From positions 42,463-106,462 of the forward strand of contig JAHFMR010000002.1 of NCBI GenBank assembly GCA_023267755.1: 64,000 bases of DNA, read 5' to 3'. Position numbers and translations under genes: made by a program. The stretch is from a bacterium. Its GTDB lineage: Bacteria > Patescibacteriota > Minisyncoccia > Phycocordibacterales > Phycocordibacteraceae. Below, piece after piece: positions 56,759-64,000 of the stretch. The notes beneath the pieces are model-generated. The model was not told where the DNA came from. It saw nothing but the letters and a program-made list of their open reading frames with translations, and did no database searches. Positions within the stretch are counted from its first letter, which is position 1. The number at the start of each line of letters is the position of its first letter.

Positions 56759-57214
56759 ATGGGTAATACCATGATCCCATCTGATGAAAAGATCAGCAAC
56801 CTGGTTATCCGTCAGGTGGTCATCAACCGCAGTCGCACTTTACAGCAGGCGCTCAACGCTACCGGCCGCAAACAGTACATCAACAAGTCGGTCGTCGCCA
56901 CGATGCCGCAAGGCAAGGGCGACGAAGCAGACGTAGTCTTCTTCAATCTCGGCCGCTACATCCGCGACGCCGACCTGGACAAGGAATACGAGTTGCGCGG
57001 CCTCAAGCCCGTCGACCCGTTCACACTCGCCACAGTGAATGAAGCCGATTCGGCTTTTGCCGATGATCATCCAAACGGTACTCACTGGAAGGATGTGAAC
57101 GGCAAGTGGTGTTTCTTCACGTTCAGCAGGTGGAACGACGAGCGCATCATGGGTTGCGACCGCTACGAAAACGGTTGGGACGTCTATTGGTGGTTCGCCG
57201 GTCTCCGCAAGTAA
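56759..57214 (+). CDS. Hypothetical protein resembling a DGR variable (target) protein
   Basis: Own promoter, SD and terminator; C-terminus WCFFTFSRWNDERIMGCDRYENGWDVYWWFAGLRK with NNC/NNT codons between fixed Trp/Arg/Phe. Confidence 0.65.
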   Translation: MGNTMIPSDEKISNLVIRQVVINRSRTLQQALNATGRKQYINKSVVATMPQGKGDEADVVFFNLGRYIRDADLDKEYELRGLKPVDPFTLATVNEADSAFADDHPNGTHWKDVNGKWCFFTFSRWNDERIMGCDRYENGWDVYWWFAGLRK

Positions 57215-57239
57215 CATTTGGGGCTTTGACCCTTTCCGA

Positions 57240-57278
57240 TCCGCATCTGGCTTTTATAGCAGATGCGGGTTTTGTTTT
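57240..57278 (+). terminator. Hairpin after the putative DGR target (terminator and/or homing hairpin)
   Basis: CCGCATCTG...CAGATGCGG followed by GTTTTGTTTT. Confidence 0.7.
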
Positions 57279-57294
57279 ATGTTAGGATGCCCGT

Positions 57295-58338
57295 ATGGGT
57301 AAGGAAGTCCACGTTTCTATCACGCCGGGGACGGTTTTTACCGCGCTGTTTATCGTTGCGGGGGCATACGTCTTCTGGCTCTTGCGTGATCTCGCGCTCC
57401 TGGTGCTGACCGCTATTGTCATCGCCTCGGCTATCGAGCCGGGGGTCGCGTTCTTTATCCGCCATCGTCTCCCGCGTTTTGTGAGCGCACTGCTGGTCTA
57501 CATACTCGTCTTCGGCTTCACTTTCGGGCTTCTGTATTATCTTCTCCCGCCGATTATCGCGGATGCCGCCGGATTCCTCTCCGCGATGCCGAAATATCTC
57601 GACACGATTAATTCGGCGGCTTCTTTTCCAAACGCAGCCGGTCTTGCAAGTGGCGGATCGTCATCGTTCGTACAGACGCTCCTCTCGCTTCAGGCGCTCT
57701 TTACAGCCAGTTCGGGAGGCGTGCTGCAGCTCCTCGTAACCTTCTTTGGCGGCATCTTTTCCCTCTCTCTTGTTATCGTCCTCTCTTTCTACTTCGCTCT
57801 CCAGGACACGGGTGTGGACGACTTCCTCCGTATGGTGATGCCAGTTGCCTACGAGGAGTATTCGGTGGATCTCTGGAAGCGCTCACAGAAAAAGATTGGG
57901 CTCTGGATGCAGGGACAGATACTTCTCTCGGTTATTGTCGGCATCCTCGTCTACCTTGGCCTGCTTATTATCGGCATCCCGTATGCGCTCTTGCTCGCCG
58001 TCTTCACCGCTGTCGCGGAGATTATTCCCGTATTCGGCTCGCTCATCGCGGGTACGGCCGCGGCTATCGTCGCGTACTCTGACGGCGGCGTGTCACTCGG
58101 CCTTATCGTCGCCGGGCTCTACGTCGTGGTGAATCAGTTCGAGTCTAATCTCATCTATCCTCTTATCGTGAAGAAGATTGTCGGCCTCCCGCCGCTTCTG
58201 GTTATTGTCGCACTCATCGCGGGATATACGCTCGCCGGCTTCCTCGGCGTTTTGCTCTCGGTGCCGGTGGCGGCGGCAGTGCTCGAGCTCATTACCGACT
58301 TCGACAAGCGCAAGCGCCGTGGGGCGCACACACACTAG
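57295..58338 (+). CDS. AI-2E family transporter
   Basis: WMQGQILLS, EIIPVFG, QFESNLIYP, GVLLSVP. Confidence 0.92.
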   Translation: MGKEVHVSITPGTVFTALFIVAGAYVFWLLRDLALLVLTAIVIASAIEPGVAFFIRHRLPRFVSALLVYILVFGFTFGLLYYLLPPIIADAAGFLSAMPKYLDTINSAASFPNAAGLASGGSSSFVQTLLSLQALFTASSGGVLQLLVTFFGGIFSLSLVIVLSFYFALQDTGVDDFLRMVMPVAYEEYSVDLWKRSQKKIGLWMQGQILLSVIVGILVYLGLLIIGIPYALLLAVFTAVAEIIPVFGSLIAGTAAAIVAYSDGGVSLGLIVAGLYVVVNQFESNLIYPLIVKKIVGLPPLLVIVALIAGYTLAGFLGVLLSVPVAAAVLELITDFDKRKRRGAHTH

Positions 58339-58344
58339 GAAGCT

Positions 58345-59778
58345 ATGCGTGCGCGCTATATCACCACGACGCTGCCTTACGTAAACGCGGATCCGCATAT
58401 CGGGTTCGCGCTTGAGATTATAAAAGCTGATGTGCTCACGCGTTGGTACGCCCTTGCGGGCGATGAGGTTTTTTTCAATACCGGTACTGATGAACACGGA
58501 CAGAAGTTGTGGCAAGAGGCGGTGAAGCGTGATATGGAGCCGCAGGCTTATGTCGACGAATACGCAGCGAAGTTCAGGTTGCTTAAGGAGAAGCTCGATT
58601 TATATCCCGATCTCCATTTTATCCGAACCACCGACCCGCATCACATAAAGGCTGCACAGGAATTCTGGAAGCGCTGTGTGGCGAAAGGGGATATTTATAA
58701 GAAGAATTATCAGATCAAATACTGTGTTGGTTGTGAGCTTGGAAAGACCGATTCAGAACTTGTTGATGGGCGCTGCCCATTGCACCCCAAAGTTGAACTC
58801 GAGATTATCGATGAGGAGAATTACTTCTTCCGCCTCTCGAGCTATCAGCAACAACTTCTTGATTTGTATACAGCGCACCCTGACTTTGTCGTCCCCGCTT
58901 TTCGTCAAAGCGAGATACGATCGTTCGTTGAGCGTGGGTTGCAGGACTTCAGTGTCTCGCGGCTGAAGCATAAAATGCCATGGGGCATTACTGTTCCTGA
59001 TGATGACGAGCATGTCATGTATGTATGGTTTGATGCACTCGTTAATTACGTTTCAACGCTCGGTTGGCCAGAGGACACGATTTCTTTTGAGAAGTTCTGG
59101 GGAAGTTTCGATAAGCCAAACGCCCTCCAGATTGCAGGCAAGGATAACCTGCGCCAACAGACCGTCATGTGGCAAGCGATGCTTATGTCAGCAGGACTTC
59201 CGAACTCGAAGCAGGTCGTCATCCAAGGGTTTGTGACAAGTGCAGGACAGAAGATGAGTAAGTCGCTCGGAAACGTGATTAGTCCGTTCGATCTCGTCGA
59301 GACCTATGGCACCGATGCTGTACGCTATATCCTCCTCCGGCACACGAGCTCTTTTGAAGATTCTGATATCACCCTCGAAGCTATCCGCGATCACTACACC
59401 GCGCACCTCACCAACGGTCTCGGCAACTTGGTCGCGCGCATTATGCAACTAGCCGAGACGCATCTGTCGGAGCCGGTAATCCCTCTCAATACCATCGCGC
59501 TTGAGTGTGCGAGTATGATCTCCGCATTTCAATTCAACGCCGCACTCGACTCTGTCTGGAGTGGAATACAGACGCTCGATGAGCGCATCACTCGTGAGAA
59601 GCCATTCGTGCTGGTGAAGGAGCGTCCGGAACAGGGAAGAGCGCTCATTGCAGAGCTGGCACAGAAGCTCGGTGATATTGGCATCGCGCTCGCACCCTTT
59701 ATGCCGAGCACGAGCGAGCTGATACAGAAGGCAGTTCGCGAGAACAAGAAGCCTGAGAATCTCTTCCCACGACTTTGA
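58345..59778 (+). CDS. metG: Methionine--tRNA ligase (short form)
   Basis: YITTTLPYVNADPHIG, TGTDEHGQK, YVWFDAL, KMSKSLGN, LFPRL end. Confidence 0.96.
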   Translation: MRARYITTTLPYVNADPHIGFALEIIKADVLTRWYALAGDEVFFNTGTDEHGQKLWQEAVKRDMEPQAYVDEYAAKFRLLKEKLDLYPDLHFIRTTDPHHIKAAQEFWKRCVAKGDIYKKNYQIKYCVGCELGKTDSELVDGRCPLHPKVELEIIDEENYFFRLSSYQQQLLDLYTAHPDFVVPAFRQSEIRSFVERGLQDFSVSRLKHKMPWGITVPDDDEHVMYVWFDALVNYVSTLGWPEDTISFEKFWGSFDKPNALQIAGKDNLRQQTVMWQAMLMSAGLPNSKQVVIQGFVTSAGQKMSKSLGNVISPFDLVETYGTDAVRYILLRHTSSFEDSDITLEAIRDHYTAHLTNGLGNLVARIMQLAETHLSEPVIPLNTIALECASMISAFQFNAALDSVWSGIQTLDERITREKPFVLVKERPEQGRALIAELAQKLGDIGIALAPFMPSTSELIQKAVRENKKPENLFPRL

Positions 59779-59854
59779 CAACTACGCTTCGTTGAAGCAT
59801 AATACAGAGCAGAGTTCATGCAGGGGCGCGGGCTCGTTAATAAAGGAGAATAAG

Positions 59855-60295
59855 ATGTTCGAGGCTCTTTACGGGTGGAATAAGCAGCTCACCGCGCTGG
59901 TGGGTCTGTCGGTGGTGTTTGGCGGGGTGTGCTTCGCGGACGTGAGTGTTGCACTGGGCTTTGTCAGTGCCATCACGATGATCTTCGTCCTGGTGACTAT
60001 CGTCGTTCAGAGAGACGGCGACTCGCCAGAGGGGCGAGATGTGAAGACCGTGCGTGTTGCGATGGTGACCATCACAACGCTCGCGCTGTTCACACTGGCT
60101 ATCGCGTTAGCAGGAGTGCCGTCGTTTGCACTCAGCATCTTGAGCGTGATTACCGGGGCGTTTGCCTACTTGATTGCGCGCGTCGCGCGCAACAGGGACG
60201 ATCGCTTCTCGGCAGGGATATTCTTCGTCCTCCTTTTCCCGTTCGGGTTCATCGTCGGGAAGGTAGCGATGGGGGCGCTTCTGACAAGGGAATGA
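59855..60295 (+). CDS. Hypothetical membrane protein
   Basis: AAGGAG SD; several TM helices; followed by the hairpin GGGCGGCTTGGAG-att-CTCCAAGCCGCCC. Confidence 0.65.
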   Translation: MFEALYGWNKQLTALVGLSVVFGGVCFADVSVALGFVSAITMIFVLVTIVVQRDGDSPEGRDVKTVRVAMVTITTLALFTLAIALAGVPSFALSILSVITGAFAYLIARVARNRDDRFSAGIFFVLLFPFGFIVGKVAMGALLTRE

Positions 60296-60362
60296 TGCAG
60301 ACCCTCGGGCGGCTTGGAGATTCTCCAAGCCGCCCAATTTGTTTGTGTGCTACGCTCGATAG

Positions 60363-61166
60363 ATGGAAACGAGATACGTAGACGCGCACTGTCACCTGCA
60401 GTTCGAACAGTATGTGCAGGACGACGTTGAGATTATCGAGCGGATGCGCGAAGAGGGCATCGCGGGTGTCGTCGTGGGCTGCGATCTCGCTTCATCAGAG
60501 AAGGCGGTAGCGCTCGCTGATACATATGACCATCTCTTTGCCTCAATCGGCCTGCATCCGAACAATGTAGCCGACGAATCTTTTGATACTGAAGCGTTTC
60601 GAGCACTCGCCACACACAAGAAGGTAGTCGCGATAGGGGAATGTGGCTTGGACTATTTCAGACCGAACGAGGTGAATGAAGAAGTGAAGCGGCAGCAGAA
60701 AGAAGTCCTCCAGAAACACGTCACCCTCGCTGCACAAGCAGACAAGCCGCTCATCATCCACTGTAGACCAAGTAAGGGTACGTACGATGCGTATCATGAT
60801 TTGATCGTTTTGCTGAAAGAAGCGAAGACAGAATATCCGAAATTGCGCGGCGATATGCACTTTTTCGTCGGGAGCGTCGCCGAGGCTGAGGCGTTTGTCG
60901 CGCTCGACTTCACTCTTTCCTTCACCGCGGTTATCACCTTCGCGCGCGACTATGACGAGGTCATACGCGCTGTGCCGCTCGCTTCTATCCTCTCCGAAAC
61001 CGACGCTCCTTATGTCGCTCCCGCTTCTCGTCGTGGGGAGCGGAACGATCCGCTCGCAGTTAAGGAAGTTGTTGCAGCGATAGCCAAGATCCGTGGGGAA
61101 GACGCGGAAACAGTCCGGCAGGCGCTCCTCGAGAATGCGCGGCTTGTATTCAAGCTCGCGGCGTGA
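60363..61166 (+). CDS. TatD family hydrolase
   Basis: DAHCHL, GLHP, AIGECGLDY, IIHCR, ETDAPY. Confidence 0.95.
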   Translation: METRYVDAHCHLQFEQYVQDDVEIIERMREEGIAGVVVGCDLASSEKAVALADTYDHLFASIGLHPNNVADESFDTEAFRALATHKKVVAIGECGLDYFRPNEVNEEVKRQQKEVLQKHVTLAAQADKPLIIHCRPSKGTYDAYHDLIVLLKEAKTEYPKLRGDMHFFVGSVAEAEAFVALDFTLSFTAVITFARDYDEVIRAVPLASILSETDAPYVAPASRRGERNDPLAVKEVVAAIAKIRGEDAETVRQALLENARLVFKLAA

Positions 61167-61181
61167 TAAGATGCCGGAATT

Positions 61182-61670
61182 ATGGCTAAGAATCGAGATA
61201 TAGAGGTGGATGCAGTGGAGCCCGAGGATATGGGTGCGGAGCCGCGCGTCTACGAGCTCGGCTTCCATCTCGACCCGGAACTCCCGACTGAAGAGGTGAA
61301 GAAGGCCTATCAAACGATTCACGACCTTATCTCGGGGAAGGGCACCCTCGTTGCCGAGGGTGAGCCGGAGAAGATCCAGCTCGCGTACACTATCTCTCGT
61401 CAGGAGACGACTGGTCGTCGTGATTTCAGCACCGCTTACTTCGCCTGGATCGCATACGAGATGCTCGCCACCGAGCACGCAGACATCCTTACCGCGATGA
61501 ATGCCAACAAGAGCATTGTCCGCTTCATCGACCTCATCACGACAAAAGACGCTGCACGACACGCGGTCGAGATGCACGAGCTCGCGATGAAGGCTCCAGA
61601 ACAGGAAGGAGAGGCTGATGCAATGGTCGGCACCGAGCTCGACGCGGTGCTCGAGAACGTGGTTGTATAA
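61182..61670 (+). CDS. rpsF: 30S ribosomal protein S6
   Basis: VYELGFHLDP...LAYTI...AYF...IVRF; precedes ssb-rpsR. Confidence 0.9.
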   Translation: MAKNRDIEVDAVEPEDMGAEPRVYELGFHLDPELPTEEVKKAYQTIHDLISGKGTLVAEGEPEKIQLAYTISRQETTGRRDFSTAYFAWIAYEMLATEHADILTAMNANKSIVRFIDLITTKDAARHAVEMHELAMKAPEQEGEADAMVGTELDAVLENVVV

Positions 61671-61677
61671 TACTGAC

Positions 61678-62121
61678 ATGTACCTCAACAAAGTATTCCT
61701 CTACGGCAATCTCACTCGCGACCCAGAGCTGAAGGCGCTCCCGTCGGGGAGTCAGGTGGCGAACTTCGGTCTCGCGACGAATCGCACCCTCAAGGATAAG
61801 AACGGCCAGAAGCAGGAGACAACCGAGTTCCACAACATCGTTGCCTTCGGCCGCACTGCGGAGGTTATCGCACAGTATGTGAAGAAGGGTCGCCCCATTT
61901 TCGTCGAGGGACGTCTCCAGACACGCGCCTGGGACGACAAAGAGACTGGCAAGAAGAATTACCGCACTGAGATTATCATCGACAACTTCCAGTTCGGCGC
62001 TGATGCTAAGGGCTCCCCGACGGGTTCGGAGCAGGTCTCGCACGGCGAACAACCGGCGCCAAAGGGCGATGAGATCCAGTATCCCGATGAAGAGATTAAT
62101 CCCGAAGACATTCCCTTTTAG
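61678..62121 (+). CDS. ssb: Single-stranded DNA-binding protein
   Basis: NKVFLYGNLTRDPE...VEGRLQTR...EDIPF. Confidence 0.97.
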   Translation: MYLNKVFLYGNLTRDPELKALPSGSQVANFGLATNRTLKDKNGQKQETTEFHNIVAFGRTAEVIAQYVKKGRPIFVEGRLQTRAWDDKETGKKNYRTEIIIDNFQFGADAKGSPTGSEQVSHGEQPAPKGDEIQYPDEEINPEDIPF

Positions 62122-62138
62122 GGCGTAACCAACTTTTT

Positions 62139-62345
62139 ATGGCATACCAAGCTGAACGTGAAGAGATAGAGATTAAGAAGTTTATCGACTACAAGGACGT
62201 CGCGTACCTGAAGCAATTCACCAGTCCGCACGCCAAGATGCTCGCCAAGAAGCGCACCGGCGTCCCAGCAGGCAAGCAGCGCGATATTATGCAGGCAGTT
62301 AAGCGCGCGCGCTTTATGGCGCTCCTCCCCTACGTCGCTGCGTAA
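62139..62345 (+). CDS. rpsR: 30S ribosomal protein S18
   Basis: IDYKDV..LKQF...KRTG....QR....VKRARFMALLPY. Confidence 0.95.
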   Translation: MAYQAEREEIEIKKFIDYKDVAYLKQFTSPHAKMLAKKRTGVPAGKQRDIMQAVKRARFMALLPYVAA

Positions 62346-62360
62346 CGCATAACTAATTTC

Positions 62361-62395
62361 ACAATCAAAAACCGCCGTAAGGCGGTTTTTGATTG
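62361..62395. terminator. Bidirectional terminator between rpsR and efp
   Basis: AAAACCGCC-gtaa-GGCGGTTTTT. Confidence 0.8.
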
Positions 62396-62412
62396 TTCAC
62401 GACAGAAAAGTT

Positions 62413-62988
62413 TTACGATTTGCTCACACGTTCGGCGTAGTCGCCGCTATCGGTGTTGATGCGGACAATGTCTCCTTCGTTGATGAAGAGCGGGACATTT
62501 ACCTTAGCCCCAGTGGAGAGCGTGGCGAGCTTGGTGCCGCCCGAGACGGTGTTGCCCTTGACCGCCGGGGGGGCTTCCTTAACAGCGAGATCCACCTTGA
62601 TAGGAATCTTAATCGTCATCGGCTTTTCCTCATAGGTGAGCACCTCGACGACCGAGTTGGGCGCGAGCCATTGCACTTGGTCGTGTACCGCGTCAGCAGG
62701 GAAGGAGAAGCGATTTTTCGGGGCGCCTTCCTCGGCAAACCAGCTCTCCTTGCCGTTGCTGTAGAGATAGACCGCGTCCATACGAGCCGTCTCGGCCTCC
62801 TCGACGGTCTCGTTCGAATGGAAGGAAATCTCAAGGACCTGTCCGGTGACGACATTGCGCAGCTTGGTCTGATTGACCGGCTTACGCTTCTGCATACGGA
62901 AGATATGGGCGGAGAGCACCTCGTAGGGGGCGCCACTGTAGTCGATAATGCACTTCGGGAGGATTTCGTTATAGCTTAGTACGGCCAT
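62413..62988 (-). CDS. efp: Elongation factor P
   Basis: TKLRNVVTG, PPAVKGNTVSGGTKLATLSTG..V.VPLFINEGD...INT..G.Y.ER. Confidence 0.93.
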   Translation of the reverse strand: MAVLSYNEILPKCIIDYSGAPYEVLSAHIFRMQKRKPVNQTKLRNVVTGQVLEISFHSNETVEEAETARMDAVYLYSNGKESWFAEEGAPKNRFSFPADAVHDQVQWLAPNSVVEVLTYEEKPMTIKIPIKVDLAVKEAPPAVKGNTVSGGTKLATLSTGAKVNVPLFINEGDIVRINTDSGDYAERVSKS

Positions 62989-63068
62989 ATGGGGAAACTA
63001 TGCGCGGATAAGATTCGTTATAAAAAGAGTCCCGTCAAGACGGGAACTAGTGTATGCTAGCAGACATT

Positions 63069-63647
63069 ATGAGTTTTTCAAATACAGAGCTCTCCTTGCT
63101 CACGGACGCTGAGATCCTCGCGCGCTCCCAGAAGGAGCCAGACCTCTTTGCCCTCCTGGTGCGCCGCTACGAGGCGGCACTGCTGCGTCGTGCCCGGACT
63201 ATCCTGAAGAGCCCTGAAGACGCCGAGGAGGTCGTGCAGGACGCCTTCACCAAGATGTACCTCTATGCCGATCGGTATCATGCACAGGAGGGGGCGAGCT
63301 TCTCCTCCTGGATGTATACGATACTCAATCGCGTTGCGTACACCAAGTATGTCGCACGGCGTAAGGATTGGGACAAGACGGTCGAACTCGAGCCCGAGCA
63401 CTATGAGTCGCTTCCCGATGCGCATGCGGAATTCCTCGAAGATCTCTCGATACGCGACGAAGTCATCGCCGCACTCGCCAAACTCCCCGAAGCGGCAGCG
63501 AAGATACTACGACTGCAGTTTATCGAGGGGAAGACACAGGAGGAGATAGCACAGACAGAAGATCTCTCTATCCCGGCGGTGAAGACGCGCGTGCATCGCG
63601 CCAAGAAACTTTTTAAACAGGCATATGATGAACAACACTATGATTGA
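63069..63647 (+). CDS. ECF-type RNA polymerase sigma factor
   Basis: DAEEVVQDAF, FSSWMYTI, EEIA...VKTRVHRAK. Confidence 0.93.
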   Translation: MSFSNTELSLLTDAEILARSQKEPDLFALLVRRYEAALLRRARTILKSPEDAEEVVQDAFTKMYLYADRYHAQEGASFSSWMYTILNRVAYTKYVARRKDWDKTVELEPEHYESLPDAHAEFLEDLSIRDEVIAALAKLPEAAAKILRLQFIEGKTQEEIAQTEDLSIPAVKTRVHRAKKLFKQAYDEQHYD

Positions 63648-63966
63648 ACAGACAAACATCGAGAAGATTGTGATGCAGCGCGTACGACGTATGCGTATCC
63701 TGCTTCTCATCATCTCGACTCTCACACTCGCCGCGCTCACCACTGTCGCTGCACTCTGGGGCATCGGCAAAGAAGTATGGGTTGCGCGCGTATTCGAGAA
63801 TGCCCCGCACGACTTCTTCGGGCGTGCGCAGTATCTCTGGTATGCCTTTACACACACCCACGTCATCGTTCAATCCCTCTCTATCCTGACTCTCGGCTCG
63901 CTCATTCTCCTCGCGCGCGAGCTCGCGCGCACCGTCCTTACGCATCTCTCTTCTACACACGATTAG
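63640..63966 (+). CDS. Small membrane protein, possible anti-sigma factor
   Basis: Overlaps the sigma stop codon; IEKIVMQRV followed by two TM helices. Confidence 0.55.
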   Translation: MIEQTNIEKIVMQRVRRMRILLLIISTLTLAALTTVAALWGIGKEVWVARVFENAPHDFFGRAQYLWYAFTHTHVIVQSLSILTLGSLILLARELARTVLTHLSSTHD

Positions 63967-64000
63967 CTCCTCTATTCAGCCAATTTTGCTTTGATCTGTT

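Noticed and set aside
1-64000. CRISPR array, rRNA, transposase/integrase, DGR reverse transcriptase or template repeat
   Set aside because: No regularly spaced repeat-spacer run, rRNA-like tract, DDE/tyrosine recombinase motif, RT motif or AAC-rich second copy of the 57.1-kb segment was seen by eye.

Overview
A gene-dense chromosomal window from a small-genome bacterium, most likely Patescibacteria/CPR (Parcubacteria-like). This is inferred from the PrgI/VirB4/pilin cluster beside rpmH-dnaA, the pilMNO/pilB genes, the homodimeric GlyRS and rplK with no following rplA. It spans the probable replication origin (yidC-rnpA-rpmH / dnaA-dnaN). It carries replication and repair genes (polA, holA, ruvA/B/C, recO, ssb), translation genes (argS, ileS, glyQS, metG, efp, several ribosomal proteins), nine tRNAs, and a thymidylate module (folA, thyX, dcd, tmk, glyA). 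The most interesting signals are: (1) a stand-alone gene whose 3' end looks like a diversity-generating retroelement variable repeat, with no RT or template repeat in the window; (2) an NYN/PIN RNase gene faced by a promoter-driven ~50-nt hairpin RNA, a candidate RNA-antitoxin pair; (3) a ~160-nt 6S-like structured RNA; (4) short palindromic elements inserted in frame in ruvB and ileS and at the 5' end of tRNA-Lys; (5) an HTH-LAGLIDADG-like gene between two tRNA-Arg genes, one with the rare GCG anticodon; (6) a polyglycine/Cys-repeat adhesin; and (7) a split between apparently leaderless core genes and Shine-Dalgarno-led accessory cassettes. No CRISPR array, rRNA or transposase was seen. All product calls come from motif recognition, not database searches.
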